From IMG/VR virus record IMGVR_UViG_2061766007_001450: a stretch of 37,703 bases of DNA; one strand, 5' to 3'. The notes below the pieces were generated by a model that worked only from the letters and a program-made list of their open reading frames with translations, was not told where the DNA came from and did no database searches. Positions 1 through 9,411 of this stretch are shown one piece after another. The stretch comes from an uncultured virus (IMG/VR IMGVR_UViG_2061766007_001450) (taxonomy: Duplodnaviria; Heunggongvirae; Uroviricota; Caudoviricetes). Made by a program: the position numbers and the translations under genes. Position 1 is the first letter of the stretch. The number at the start of each line of letters is the position of its first letter.

Positions 1-1
1 T

Positions 2-342
2 ATGGCGAAGATGCAGATGGCGGCATCAATGGCGGGCAAGGCGGCAATCGAAGCCGAGGATGAGGCGGCAAAGGAGCGGCGCAGACAGCAAGCAAACGCC
101 AACCGAAATCCCGAAAGGTGCTTTAAAAAGGGGAAATGGTCTTTGGCAAAATGCCCGCCCGAAAAACTCTCTATCATCAACGCCAAACGAGCGGCATCGT
201 GGTTAAAAACAAGGCAAGCGGACGAGGTACGTCTTAATTGGGGACTCCCCACCCAAACGAAATTCCATTTTCGCCGACACCTCGACCCTGATAAAAACAA
301 AAAACTTTGCAGCCTTAGAAATTACCTAAAACGCAAAGGGTA
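2..342 (+). CDS. Hypothetical basic phage protein (partial; runs into N gap)
   Basis: Open frame from the window start to the gap at 343; Lys/Arg rich; no recognisable family. Confidence 0.55.
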
Positions 343-367
343 NNNNNNNNNNTAAAATTGCGGCATA

Positions 368-673
368 ATGAATATATTTGTAAAGTTGTGCAAGACATAT
401 TGCGGCGTTGACGTAGAGCAAGAGTACCAATTCCACCCACGGCGCAAATGGCGTTTTGACTATGCCATCCCCGCGCACAAAATCGCCATCGAAGTCGAGG
501 GCGGCGCGTGGATTGACGGTCGGCACAATAGGGCGTCGGGATTTATCAAGGATATGGAAAAATATAACAATGCCGCCATTATGGGGTGGCGTTTGCTAAG
601 GGTGACACCGCAACAACTGTTGACTTCGCAGACGCTCCAAATGGTGGCTGCTGCAACAAAATATGAAGATTAA
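368..673 (+). CDS. PD-(D/E)XK endonuclease, Vsr/DUF559-like phage family
   Basis: Motifs EYQFHPRRKWRFDYA, IAIEVEGG, GRH, KDMEKYN..GWRLLR typical of this small phage nuclease family. Confidence 0.8.
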   Translation: MNIFVKLCKTYCGVDVEQEYQFHPRRKWRFDYAIPAHKIAIEVEGGAWIDGRHNRASGFIKDMEKYNNAAIMGWRLLRVTPQQLLTSQTLQMVAAATKYED

Positions 674-824
674 CGGCAAAGGCTTAAAGTGTAAGTTTAG
701 GTTTTGGCGCAAGGGCTGGAACGTTTTGCGCATTTTTGTTTTGTGTTTATTGTATGTTGTAATGTTCTTTTTGCTTTTGCCGTTTTTGATTGTTGGAAAA
801 CTAACATTAAGGATATTAAAATAA

Positions 825-856
825 TTTGCAGATGTTAATTTTCTTTGCTACTTTTG
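825..856 (+). promoter_or_regulatory. Bacteroidota sigma-A promoter (-33 TTTG / -7 TAnnTTTG)
   Basis: TTTG 825-828, 20-nt spacer, TACTTTTG 849-856. Confidence 0.65.
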
Positions 857-982
857 TAAAGTGTTATTTTTCATTTTTGATAGATGTAGTTTGATTTTTT
901 TTCTGATTATTTACCGCCCGTCACCACACGGCGGGCGGATNNNNNNNNNNNCCCTTTTAGTTTTTTAATTACTTTGTTGATT

Positions 983-1008
983 AATGCCGTCCGAAGGGCG
1001 GCATTTTT
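983..1008 (+). terminator. Rho-independent terminator
   Basis: AATGCCGTCC-gaa-GGGCGGCATT hairpin followed by T run. Confidence 0.7.
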
Positions 1009-1020
1009 ATTGGATAAAAA

Positions 1021-1052
1021 TTTGCAGATGTAGAAATTTTGCATTATCTTTG
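1021..1052 (+). promoter_or_regulatory. Bacteroidota sigma-A promoter
   Basis: TTTG 1021-1024, 20-nt spacer, TATCTTTG 1045-1052; shares TTTGCAGATGT with the promoter at 825. Confidence 0.65.
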
Positions 1053-1162
1053 CCGTACACTTTCAACATTTTTGTTTTTTGATGCAATACTCTTTTCATT
1101 GTCCCCGCCTTGCCCAACGGCGGGGNNNNNNNNNNNNNNNNNNNNNNNNNNNNNNNNNNNNN

Positions 1163-1194
1163 TTTGTTTTTCACGTGAAACATTATTATTTTTG
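1163..1194 (+). promoter_or_regulatory. Bacteroidota sigma-A promoter of the structural operon, with a parS-like site in the spacer
   Basis: TTTG 1163-1166, 20-nt spacer containing TTTTTCACGTGAAACA, TATTTTTG 1187-1194. Confidence 0.7.
1167..1182. promoter_or_regulatory. parS: parS-like palindrome
   Basis: TTTTTCACGTGAAACA, 15/16 to TGTTTCACGTGAAACA. Confidence 0.75.
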
Positions 1195-1257
1195 CCGCCA
1201 ACGACGGCAAAGGGTGAGCCGCTGCAAATCAAATGTTTAACTAATACACGGTAAATC

Positions 1258-1912
1258 ATGTTAACTTGTCCTTGTCCAGCAGCTCCATCTTTACCCGAAA
1301 TCCCGTGCGTAAAGTGTGCAGAAAGGCTGGGTCAGATACAAAAAGTTGCGTTTCAGCGGTTGACAGCCGACAACGGTCAGCGCAACAAATTCAGCACCAC
1401 GTCGGGCTTTGACACAATCGAATCCTTGGCGAACTGGCAGGCAGCAATGGCATCCGCCAACAGCACAAAAATTGTTTTGTCGCCCTACATTTACAGCCCC
1501 ACCCAGGAATCGGGCGCACCGCGCACATTTGGCGGCGGCAACGACGGCTTGGGCGGCATCGAGGAAATTATCGGGCGTGAGCCATCCGCATTTACGGGCA
1601 GCTTGCGAAACATTCCGCAATCCGTGGCAAAAATTTTGAAAACTTTGCAGTGCGAGAGCGAGGCGGGCAATTTGGGTGTGTACCTTATTGACGAGAACGG
1701 CAATGTTGAGGCGTTAGGCATCACCGACGCTGACGACAACGACTACATCTACCCCATTCCGATAAGGTCGTTTTTTGTCGGCGACAAAGTACACGGCGGG
1801 CTTGACAACCCCNNNNNNNNNNNNNNNNNNNNNNNNNNNNGACCTCAAAATTTTCACGATTACGGACTTTAACCCGTTGACCGACCTTTGCAATGTCGGC
1901 AGCAGCAGCTAA
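1258..1912 (+). CDS. Major structural protein, probable tail tube protein (frame shifted only by the N gap at 1813-1840)
   Basis: Cys-rich N-terminus, GQIQKVAFQR, SPYIYSPTQESGA.RTFGGGN. After the gap it reads DLKIFTITDFNPLTDLCNVGSSS*, colinear with the paralog at 26630-28081. Resembles a major virion protein of B40-8-like phages (recall, unverified). Confidence 0.65.
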
Positions 1913-1924
1913 ACAACAAACATC

Positions 1925-2149
1925 ATGGCAATGGCAAAAAAAACCACGGTAACGTTACAGACAAAGGACGGCAAGATGTGCCGCGAGTTTGAAATCGCCC
2001 ACGCCGAAAATTTGTTGCAGTTCACGAACTCGCAATGGACGCTACCTCCAAACTCTCAATTTGTTTACAAAGATGGCAGTATCAGTAGAAAAAGCACAAA
2101 AGGCGGTAAAAGAGGCTTGGAACAAAACGACGGTAAGCAGAGCAATTGA
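1925..2149 (+). CDS. Small hypothetical protein overlapping the portal start
   Basis: 74-aa ORF with an A-rich leader right after the tube gene stop. Confidence 0.55.
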   Translation: MAMAKKTTVTLQTKDGKMCREFEIAHAENLLQFTNSQWTLPPNSQFVYKDGSISRKSTKGGKRGLEQNDGKQSN

Positions 2150-3764
2150 GCATCAAAACCGTTTGAAGTTCCACGTTGAAAAGACTATGGCGGCGCGTTA
2201 CGGCAAACCGCTGACGGACTTTTTGTCTTTTGTCTCCAACTTGATACCCCACGACAAATACAAAATGTTTGAAACAATTTTCCGTTACCCCGTCAAAACA
2301 AACGAGGTAACGGGAATTTGTTTTAACAAATTGAGCCGTATTTTTGACGGGCGAAACGCTGCATTTAACTATCAATTTCAATCAACGGAACTTCGCGAGG
2401 ATTGGGAGAGATACAGAAAAGAAGTGTTGCACGAACCCGAAGTGTGGAAAGATAAAGGCTGGGAGTATTTTAAGACCGAGCCAAACGCCGTTTTAATCGT
2501 GGACGTGCCGAGGGTGCAGGAGACCGAACGTCCCGCGCCTTACTTTTATTGGCTGTCAGTGTGCAACGTCCTGGCATACGAAAACAAGGCGGACGGCAAC
2601 TTTGATTTTATTGCATTTCGCAGCGGGGAGGATACAATCACCGTAATAGACGACGAGTCGTACCGAGTTTTTCAGAATGACAAAGACACACTCGGCGCGT
2701 TGATTGTGGAAAGCCCTCACACACTCGGGTATTGCCCCGCGAAGTTCTTTGTCTCGGCTCCAATCAGCATCGACGACCCCGATGTTAAAGCGTCGCCACT
2801 CTCAACAGAGTTGGAAAGCCTTGATTGGTATTTGTTTTTTCACCTTAGCAAACGCCATTTGGATTTATACGCTGCATATCCGATTTACAGCGGTTACGAG
2901 CAGTCGTGTAATTTCTCAAATGCCGAAAACGGTGATTATTGCGACGGCGGGTTCTTGCGAGACCGCCAAGGATATTACAAGTTGGACAACAACGGCTTGA
3001 TAATGCGCTGCCCTAAGTGTGGGGACAAACGCATTGCGGGCGTTGGTTCTTTTGTCGAGGTGCCAATCCCCACAGAGGGACAACCCGACCTAAGAAACCC
3101 CGTCCAGATGTTGACCGTGGATCGTGACAGTCTCGACTACAATGTAGGAGAGGAAAAGCGACTCCGCGAGGATATAATAACCGCCGTTTGCGGCACGTCC
3201 GAGGACGTACAGAGGAAAACGGCAATCAACGAGCAGCAGGTTGCGGCGAACTTTGAAAGCCAAACAACCGCCTTGAAAGAGGTAAAAAAACAGTTTGAAA
3301 TTGCGCAAACGTTTGTTGACGCGACAATATGCCGCCTACGTTACGGCGACGATTTTATTTCTGCATCCATCAATTACGGCACGGAGTTTTTTATATACGA
3401 CGTTGCCGAGTTGCGCGAGCGTTACAAAACCGCCAAGGAGAGCGGCGCAAGCGTCGCAGAGTTGGACGCATTGCAGCAACAAATAATTGAGACTGAATAC
3501 AGACACGACCCGACGCAATTACAAAGAATGTTGCTTTTGTCGGAGTTGGAGCCGTTCAGACACTTGACCACAACAGAGGTTGCAGAACTACACCGAGAGG
3601 GCGCAATTTCGGACGAGGATTTTGCACTAAAATTGAACTTTACGTCGTTAATAAGACGTTTTGAGCGCGAAAACATCAATATCCTTGATTTTGGCGAGCA
3701 AATGAAATACCCCGCCAAAATTCAAAAGATACACGATACTATTGTTAACTACTTAAAAAATTAA
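2073..3764 (+). CDS. Portal protein
   Basis: About 563 aa from ATG 2073, helical, upstream of scaffold and capsid; internal Cys cluster (CDGG...RCPKCG). Confidence 0.7.
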   Translation: MAVSVEKAQKAVKEAWNKTTVSRAIEHQNRLKFHVEKTMAARYGKPLTDFLSFVSNLIPHDKYKMFETIFRYPVKTNEVTGICFNKLSRIFDGRNAAFNYQFQSTELREDWERYRKEVLHEPEVWKDKGWEYFKTEPNAVLIVDVPRVQETERPAPYFYWLSVCNVLAYENKADGNFDFIAFRSGEDTITVIDDESYRVFQNDKDTLGALIVESPHTLGYCPAKFFVSAPISIDDPDVKASPLSTELESLDWYLFFHLSKRHLDLYAAYPIYSGYEQSCNFSNAENGDYCDGGFLRDRQGYYKLDNNGLIMRCPKCGDKRIAGVGSFVEVPIPTEGQPDLRNPVQMLTVDRDSLDYNVGEEKRLREDIITAVCGTSEDVQRKTAINEQQVAANFESQTTALKEVKKQFEIAQTFVDATICRLRYGDDFISASINYGTEFFIYDVAELRERYKTAKESGASVAELDALQQQIIETEYRHDPTQLQRMLLLSELEPFRHLTTTEVAELHREGAISDEDFALKLNFTSLIRRFERENINILDFGEQMKYPAKIQKIHDTIVNYLKN

Positions 3765-3768
3765 TGCT

Positions 3769-4221
3769 ATGTTTGTAAGGACAGACGACGGCAAGATGAA
3801 AGATGTTGAGCTGGACAAAGTCACCAAAGACAACTACATCGTGCCAGAGGGTGAAAAAATGTGTTTCCACGTCATAATGGAAATAAAGCAGTACCACCCC
3901 AAGACGGGCGACAAAATAAGCCGCCCGAGGTTGCAGAAGTTCAAGGCGGGAACATTCAAACAGTTGCGCCCGAACTTTGAAAGGCAGGGTTACGACATCA
4001 ATGTGTTGTACGACCCCACCGACTACATCAAGGAAGTTGGCGAGAATGCCAAGTTAGCAAAGGAAAAAGCCGCACAAACCCGCATCGAAACCGCCGTCAA
4101 ATCGGCACTTGCGAAACAAGAGGCGGATTTTCAAAAGCGCATTGACGAGGCGGTCGCCGCAGCCCTGGCAAAGAACCAGCAGCCAAAGGAAAAAACAGAA
4201 AAACAACATTCAAAGGGTTAG
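3769..4221 (+). CDS. Hypothetical head-module protein
   Basis: 150-aa ORF tightly coupled between portal and scaffold. Confidence 0.7.
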   Translation: MFVRTDDGKMKDVELDKVTKDNYIVPEGEKMCFHVIMEIKQYHPKTGDKISRPRLQKFKAGTFKQLRPNFERQGYDINVLYDPTDYIKEVGENAKLAKEKAAQTRIETAVKSALAKQEADFQKRIDEAVAAALAKNQQPKEKTEKQHSKG

Positions 4222-4224
4222 AAT

Positions 4225-5151
4225 ATGTTAACAACTGACTTCATAAAAAACAACATTCCCGACCTCAACGACGAGGTGGTGGGCAAAATTGCGGCACTCT
4301 CGCAGGCCGACGAGGACAAGGTTATTGGCGCGAAATTTTCCGACTTGTACCAGCGTCTCGACAGCACAATCGAGAAATCAACGGGCATCAAGCGGGACGG
4401 AGACGAAAAAACATACAATTACCTCGAAAGAGCCGCAAAAGCAATCAAGGAGACAGCCGACAATTCCGCAAAGGAAATTGAGAGGCTGACGGCGGAAAAT
4501 GCGAAGTTGCAAAAAGCCATTGCAGACGGCGCGAACGACGTAGAGACAAAGAACAAATTGCAGCAAGCGGAAAAAGACCTCGCAGCAATTCGCGACCAAT
4601 ACACCGCGTTGAAAACGGAGTACGACGGAGCGCAAGACAAGTTCAAGAAAGACTTGTTTAACGTGCAGATTGAAAACGGCGTACAATCGGCGTTTAGCGG
4701 TGTTAAGTTCAAAGAAACATTGTCAACGGCGGTTGTCGATTTGGCAAAGAAAACCGTTCTTGAAAAAATCAAGGCGGCGAACCCCGACACCGTGGACGAC
4801 GGCAACGGCGGCAAGGCGATTGTCTTTAAAGACAAAGACGGCGCAATTATGCGCAACCCCGACAACAGCCTCGCCCCCTACACGGTCGGCGAACTTGTAG
4901 CAAAGGAATTGTCAGCCCTCGGCGTTTTGGCGCAAAAGCGCACCCAGACGGGCAGCGGCGGCAATGGCGGCAATGGCGGCGGCAATCCAACAGTTATCGA
5001 CGTGTCAAGCGCAAAGACCCAGACAGAGGCTTACGACATTATAGCAAATGCGCTATTTGCCAAGGGTCTGACCAACGGCAGCCGAGAATTTGACGAGGAG
5101 ATGCAAAAGGCGTGGAAGACAAACAATGTTGCAAAGTTGCCGCAGCGTTAA
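4225..5151 (+). CDS. Capsid scaffolding protein
   Basis: Coiled-coil core, Gly-rich linker (GSGGNGGNGGG), short C-terminal domain, immediately before the capsid gene. Confidence 0.7.
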   Translation: MLTTDFIKNNIPDLNDEVVGKIAALSQADEDKVIGAKFSDLYQRLDSTIEKSTGIKRDGDEKTYNYLERAAKAIKETADNSAKEIERLTAENAKLQKAIADGANDVETKNKLQQAEKDLAAIRDQYTALKTEYDGAQDKFKKDLFNVQIENGVQSAFSGVKFKETLSTAVVDLAKKTVLEKIKAANPDTVDDGNGGKAIVFKDKDGAIMRNPDNSLAPYTVGELVAKELSALGVLAQKRTQTGSGGNGGNGGGNPTVIDVSSAKTQTEAYDIIANALFAKGLTNGSREFDEEMQKAWKTNNVAKLPQR

Positions 5152-5167
5152 TGTTTCACGCGAAACA
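5152..5167. promoter_or_regulatory. parS: parS-like palindrome
   Basis: TGTTTCACGCGAAACA, 15/16, abutting the scaffold stop codon. Confidence 0.7.
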
Positions 5168-5221
5168 ACGACAATAAACGGGCAAAGGGTGAGCCACAAT
5201 TAACTTCATAAAAATAAAGAT

Positions 5222-6316
5222 ATGAGCCTTTTACCAACAAGATTACAAAATTGGAGAGTCGAAAACGAGCGACTCGACAGAAACATGGTGAGAATGGGCG
5301 AGTATGGTGCACTTGACTTTTTCGTGCAGCAGACCGAAGCCCCCGACGGTATCCTCAACGACCGTTTGAAAAGAGCCGCATTTGCAAGCATGGGAAACAC
5401 CGTGCAAGTGCCCGTGATTGAGTACGACGCCAACGTCACCATCGCCAACACCCGTTCTTGTGTCATTGCAGACGCAGAGAACACCTCCAACTTGTACACC
5501 GTAGTCTTCGAGACATACGCGGGCGGTTTTACAATGGTACCCGCAATGTACTCTAACAACGAGATTGACTACAACCGAGACTTCAACCGCAAAATGGACA
5601 AGACCGTCCGCGCATTTGGCGAGGCACTCGACACCGCAGCCGTCGCAGCGTTGGAAGCACAGAAGACGCAGGTGTACACCGACCAGTTGCAATACACGGT
5701 TACGGGCAACGAACTTGTTATCCCGCAACAAATGGCAACAGAAATCCTTGGAGACCTTAACCCCATGATGAGGGCCAACGGTTTCCGCAGAGCAATCCAC
5801 ATTGTCGGCAATGCTGGCATCGAGTCGCTTGTCTCCAAACTTGCGCAACATGGTTTGTACAACGATGTAAACAAGCAGCTCGAATACCAGGGAAAAATTT
5901 TCCACTTCACCAACAACGTGGCAAATGCCGCAGGTGACATTGGAACATTTTTTGCCGTTGAGGACGGCAATGTCGGCATCCTCACAAGGGTTGACCGCGA
6001 GGCGTACAGACGTGCAGCGGCGGCAGGTCACGAATTTGACCAAGCGTACATCCCCGAACTTGGCATCACCGTTGGCACTCACTACTACACCGCCGTTGGC
6101 GACCAATCCGCAATCGCGGGCGCGGCAACAGCCGACCTCACGTGTGCCGTCAAGGAATTTTTCGGATTTTCGGTTGACGTGGCTTTTGTCATTGCATACA
6201 ACACTGACTCGACGACAATCCCCGACCCGATTATGAAGGGCGGCATCACAGCACCCGCAACAGACACGCCAATCTCAATGCCCGTTTACGTTGTTAACGC
6301 GGCGGACTTTGCGTAA
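5222..6316 (+). CDS. Major capsid protein
   Basis: 364 aa after the scaffold and followed by a terminator; HGLYNDVNKQ and SAIAGAATAD motifs recalled from B40-8-like capsid proteins (unverified). Confidence 0.8.
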   Translation: MSLLPTRLQNWRVENERLDRNMVRMGEYGALDFFVQQTEAPDGILNDRLKRAAFASMGNTVQVPVIEYDANVTIANTRSCVIADAENTSNLYTVVFETYAGGFTMVPAMYSNNEIDYNRDFNRKMDKTVRAFGEALDTAAVAALEAQKTQVYTDQLQYTVTGNELVIPQQMATEILGDLNPMMRANGFRRAIHIVGNAGIESLVSKLAQHGLYNDVNKQLEYQGKIFHFTNNVANAAGDIGTFFAVEDGNVGILTRVDREAYRRAAAAGHEFDQAYIPELGITVGTHYYTAVGDQSAIAGAATADLTCAVKEFFGFSVDVAFVIAYNTDSTTIPDPIMKGGITAPATDTPISMPVYVVNAADFA

Positions 6317-6348
6317 TCGGCAAAAAAACAATCCGTCCTTATGAAAGC

Positions 6349-6389
6349 GGGGGGGTGGGACAAGCGGTAACGCCCCCACCCCTTTTTTT
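6349..6389 (+). terminator. Rho-independent terminator after the capsid gene
   Basis: GGGGTGGG...CCCACCCC stem followed by T7. Confidence 0.75.
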
Positions 6390-6404
6390 ATTTCACGTGA
6401 AACA
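6389..6404. promoter_or_regulatory. parS: parS-like palindrome
   Basis: TATTTCACGTGAAACA, between the terminator and the next ATG (6413). Confidence 0.75.
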
Positions 6405-6412
6405 AAAAAACA

Positions 6413-7747
6413 ATGCTAAGACTTGAAGACATAAAAACGGCACTTTTGCACCTTGTTGGGTGGCGGCAGCCTTACAACCCGACCGAGCGCATAAACGCGG
6501 ATTTGGACACGTCCGAAAGCGGGCTGTATTTCCAGGACGCGCACCCGCTTATGACGTTGGAAAACATCGCCGCAATCATTCCCGATAATTTCAAACTCCA
6601 ATACCCAGATTGGAGCGGGACGGTGATTTACGACAAGGGCGCGAAAGTCAAAGACGGCGGCATCGTATGGATAGCCACCGAGCAAAACAGCGGCGAAGAG
6701 CCACCCGTGGACGAATGGACGGGCGACTACTCGCAAATATTTGTTGGCAAATGGCAGTCGTACAACTTTATGACAGACTATTTGCAGACATTGACAGAAA
6801 ACGGCATTAGCCAGGCGGTGCAGCGTTTTATCGACGCAAAGAAGATACAGAGGGAAACACAGTCCCTTATGGAGCGGCGCACGTTCTTTGATGGCGCGGG
6901 CAGGATTGCCGCCCGAGAGCGCAACAGAGGCAGGATTGTCGGTTTTGAAATCGTCCCCGTCCGAGCTATGGGCGTGACTACCAAAATAAACAAAATAGGT
7001 CTGCAAATGGCGGGCGCGGTCGGCACGGTTAGGGTGTATTTGTTCCACTCGTCGCAGCCCGAACCGTTGAAAACATACGATTTGAACTTCACAAAGACAA
7101 ACGGCGGTTTTCAATGGTTTGACATCAAAGATTGTTACCTCCCTTATATCAGCGACGGAAACAATGCGGGCGGCGCGTGGTATCTTTGTTACAATCAAAA
7201 CGACTTGCCCGAGGGTATGCAGGCAATCAATGTTTCAAAAGATTGGTCGCGAGAGCCTTGCGGGACGTGCAACATTGGCAGCGTGGAGACGTGGCGACAG
7301 ATAACAAAATATATGCAGGTTTCCCCGTTTGCCGTCGGCGCATTGCAGACTTTCGCGGAGTTTCCCGAGCTTTGGGACGTGTCGCGCAACTTGTATACAA
7401 ACACGTGCAATTATGGCATAAATTGCGAGGTTTCCGTCGGTTGCGACTTAACCGATTTTATTATCTCTCAACGTGACATTTTCGCAACCGTGGTACTGAA
7501 ACAGACGGCATACATTGCACTCCGTACCATTGCAATGAACCCCGACGTCCGTGTAAACCGCAATCAATCGAACGTGTCACGGCTTGACATTTTGTATGAG
7601 CTTGACGGCAACACCGACGCGAAACACCCGCAAGGACTGGGTGTCGAACTGCAAAACGCTTACAAAGCGTTGGAGATAGACACAAACGGTCTCGACCGTA
7701 TATGTCTAATGTGTAACAATGGCGGCGTAAAATACCGCACGGTGTAA
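6413..7747 (+). CDS. Virion structural protein (head-tail connector region) with a small carbohydrate-binding-like insert
   Basis: 444 aa after the capsid gene; WSGTVIYDKGAKVKDGGIVWIATEQNSGEEP resembles a CBM5/12-type module. Confidence 0.6.
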   Translation: MLRLEDIKTALLHLVGWRQPYNPTERINADLDTSESGLYFQDAHPLMTLENIAAIIPDNFKLQYPDWSGTVIYDKGAKVKDGGIVWIATEQNSGEEPPVDEWTGDYSQIFVGKWQSYNFMTDYLQTLTENGISQAVQRFIDAKKIQRETQSLMERRTFFDGAGRIAARERNRGRIVGFEIVPVRAMGVTTKINKIGLQMAGAVGTVRVYLFHSSQPEPLKTYDLNFTKTNGGFQWFDIKDCYLPYISDGNNAGGAWYLCYNQNDLPEGMQAINVSKDWSREPCGTCNIGSVETWRQITKYMQVSPFAVGALQTFAEFPELWDVSRNLYTNTCNYGINCEVSVGCDLTDFIISQRDIFATVVLKQTAYIALRTIAMNPDVRVNRNQSNVSRLDILYELDGNTDAKHPQGLGVELQNAYKALEIDTNGLDRICLMCNNGGVKYRTV

Positions 7748-7750
7748 TTT

Positions 7751-7766
7751 AATTTCACGTGAAACA
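7751..7766. promoter_or_regulatory. parS: parS-like palindrome
   Basis: AATTTCACGTGAAACA fills the gap between stop 7747 and ATG 7767. Confidence 0.75.
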
Positions 7767-8147
7767 ATGGCGACTATCGACGGGCTTTTGAACGGTGCAA
7801 AAAAGTTTCTTGCAGACTTGGAGAGCGGGAGACATCCTCAAAGTGTTTTCCAACTTTTTGAAAAGGATATTGTGGCAATGAATACCGACGACCAACTTTT
7901 CAAAGAGGGCGAAAACGCGCTGGGTGTCACCATACGCTCCTATCAGCCATACTCCCCCGTTACCATCAGCATAAAACAGAAAAAAGGACAGCCGACCAAC
8001 CGTGTAACGCTAAGGGACACGCAAGCCTTCCACAATTCCTTTTTCATTTATGCAGATAATCGGGCGGCGTGGTTTAAAGCCACGGACAAGAAGTCGCAAA
8101 AGTTGTACGACCGTTATGGCGAGATTTTCGGCTTGACGGTCGCGAAC
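7767..8147 (+). CDS. Putative neck/tail completion protein (C-terminus in gap)
   Basis: PYSPVTISIKQKKGQPTNRVTLRDT motif typical of phage morphogenesis proteins; synteny. Confidence 0.55.
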
Positions 8148-8191
8148 NNNNNNNNNNNNNNNNNNNNNNNNNNAATTAAAAACTTGTTTGT

Positions 8192-8755
8192 ATGGATAGG
8201 ACACCGAAACAGACAAACCCGCAATTATTGGACCGCGTAATCGGCGTAATTCAGACTGCCCTCGCGGACAATTTGCCGTGGCTCAACTTTGCATTTGGCA
8301 GGGCGGAGCGCACAAAAAAAGAGATTGACGGGCGCATCTACTTTATACCGACCGTTTATGTCGGTAAAAATGATTATGCAGACATTACCCCCGACGACAA
8401 CCATTTTGGCTGCTATTCCTTTTGCACGGTCGAAGAGCCGCAATTTGTCGAATGGATAAACGGGCAACAAAACAAAATCCGCGCAAATATCAACGTCATT
8501 GTTTGGGTGGATATGCGCGAGATTGAGCCTACCGACGAGCGCAACAAGGAGCTTGTCAAAAGGGACATTTTGCGCGTACTGAATGGCAAAGTCGCGTTAA
8601 AGGCTGGCACATTCCGCATCAACCAAGTTTGGGAACACGCGGAGCACGTGTTCGACGGCTTTACGCTTGACGAAAACGACAACCAGTTTATGATGCACCC
8701 GTATTGTGGCTGGCGTTTTCGCGGTGAAATGACAATAACAGATTATTGTGAGTAA
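8192..8755 (+). CDS. Putative tail terminator-like structural protein
   Basis: 187-aa alpha/beta ORF in the head-tail joining region; call from synteny only. Confidence 0.5.
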   Translation: MDRTPKQTNPQLLDRVIGVIQTALADNLPWLNFAFGRAERTKKEIDGRIYFIPTVYVGKNDYADITPDDNHFGCYSFCTVEEPQFVEWINGQQNKIRANINVIVWVDMREIEPTDERNKELVKRDILRVLNGKVALKAGTFRINQVWEHAEHVFDGFTLDENDNQFMMHPYCGWRFRGEMTITDYCE

Positions 8756-8771
8756 ATTAGTTTTTTGATAT

Positions 8772-9037
8772 ATGCTTGTTTATTTGTTTGTAACAGCCGC
8801 CGTCGCGCTTGCGGCGGCGNNNNNNNNNNNNNNNNNNNNNNNNNNNNNNAGTGGGGCATAATTGAGTGGTTGCAGGTACACGGCAACGACTTAATAAGCA
8901 AAATGGCGAATTGTGATTTTTGCCTTTCGTGGTGGACGTGCCTTGTTGTCGCTACCGTGGCGGCAATCCTGGCACAAGACCCGCTTTGCATCTTGACGGC
9001 GGTAATGGCAACACCATTAACGCGCAAATTGCAATAA
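8772..9037 (+). CDS. Small membrane protein, DUF1360-like (spans gap)
   Basis: Hydrophobic start MLVYLFVTAAVALAAA; CDFCLSWW (CxxCxxxW) followed by TM segments. Confidence 0.55.
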
Positions 9038-9051
9038 TTTCACGTGAAACA
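9036..9051. promoter_or_regulatory. parS: parS-like palindrome
   Basis: AATTTCACGTGAAACA overlapping the stop at 9037. Confidence 0.75.
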
Positions 9052-9067
9052 ATCATAAGGACGGAAG

Positions 9068-9401
9068 ATGGAAACAATAAAAATTGGTGCGCACGTTGTG
9101 AAGATATACAACAGCATCGAAGATTTGCCGATAATGCGCTATCATAAGTTTACAAAATGCCTATTGGTGGACGCGGGCATCGGCGCGGATATTGCGGCGG
9201 TGGATCGGCACTTGTACAAGGCGAGGGCATACGTGACGGCGCAAAAAACGGAGCTTGCACGGGCAGAACTGGACAACTTGCGGCAATGTATTATGTTGGT
9301 TGCAAACAATGTCACACCGAGGCTTACAGCGTTTGCGGCATTGGTGGCCGAGATAGACGGCGAGCAACAGACAGACCTCTCCGACGACGGGCTGCGGCGG
9401 G
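9068..9401 (+). CDS. Putative tail assembly chaperone, N-terminal part
   Basis: METIKIGAHVVKIYNSIEDLP...; upstream of the tape measure; truncated by gap; the ORF-track fusion to TMP sequence is a gap artefact. Confidence 0.55.
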
Positions 9402-9411
9402 NNNNNNNNNN

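Noticed and set aside
1169..1180. CACGTG core as eukaryotic E-box, restriction site or Noc-binding site
   Set aside because: Conservation extends over 12-16 bp matching parS, the Noc site has a CCCGGG core, and restriction sites would be depleted rather than enriched.
5243..6106. Long antisense ORFs (5243-6106, 6416-7198, 28354-29277 and others)
   Set aside because: Shadow frames of codon-biased plus-strand genes; no motifs or promoters.
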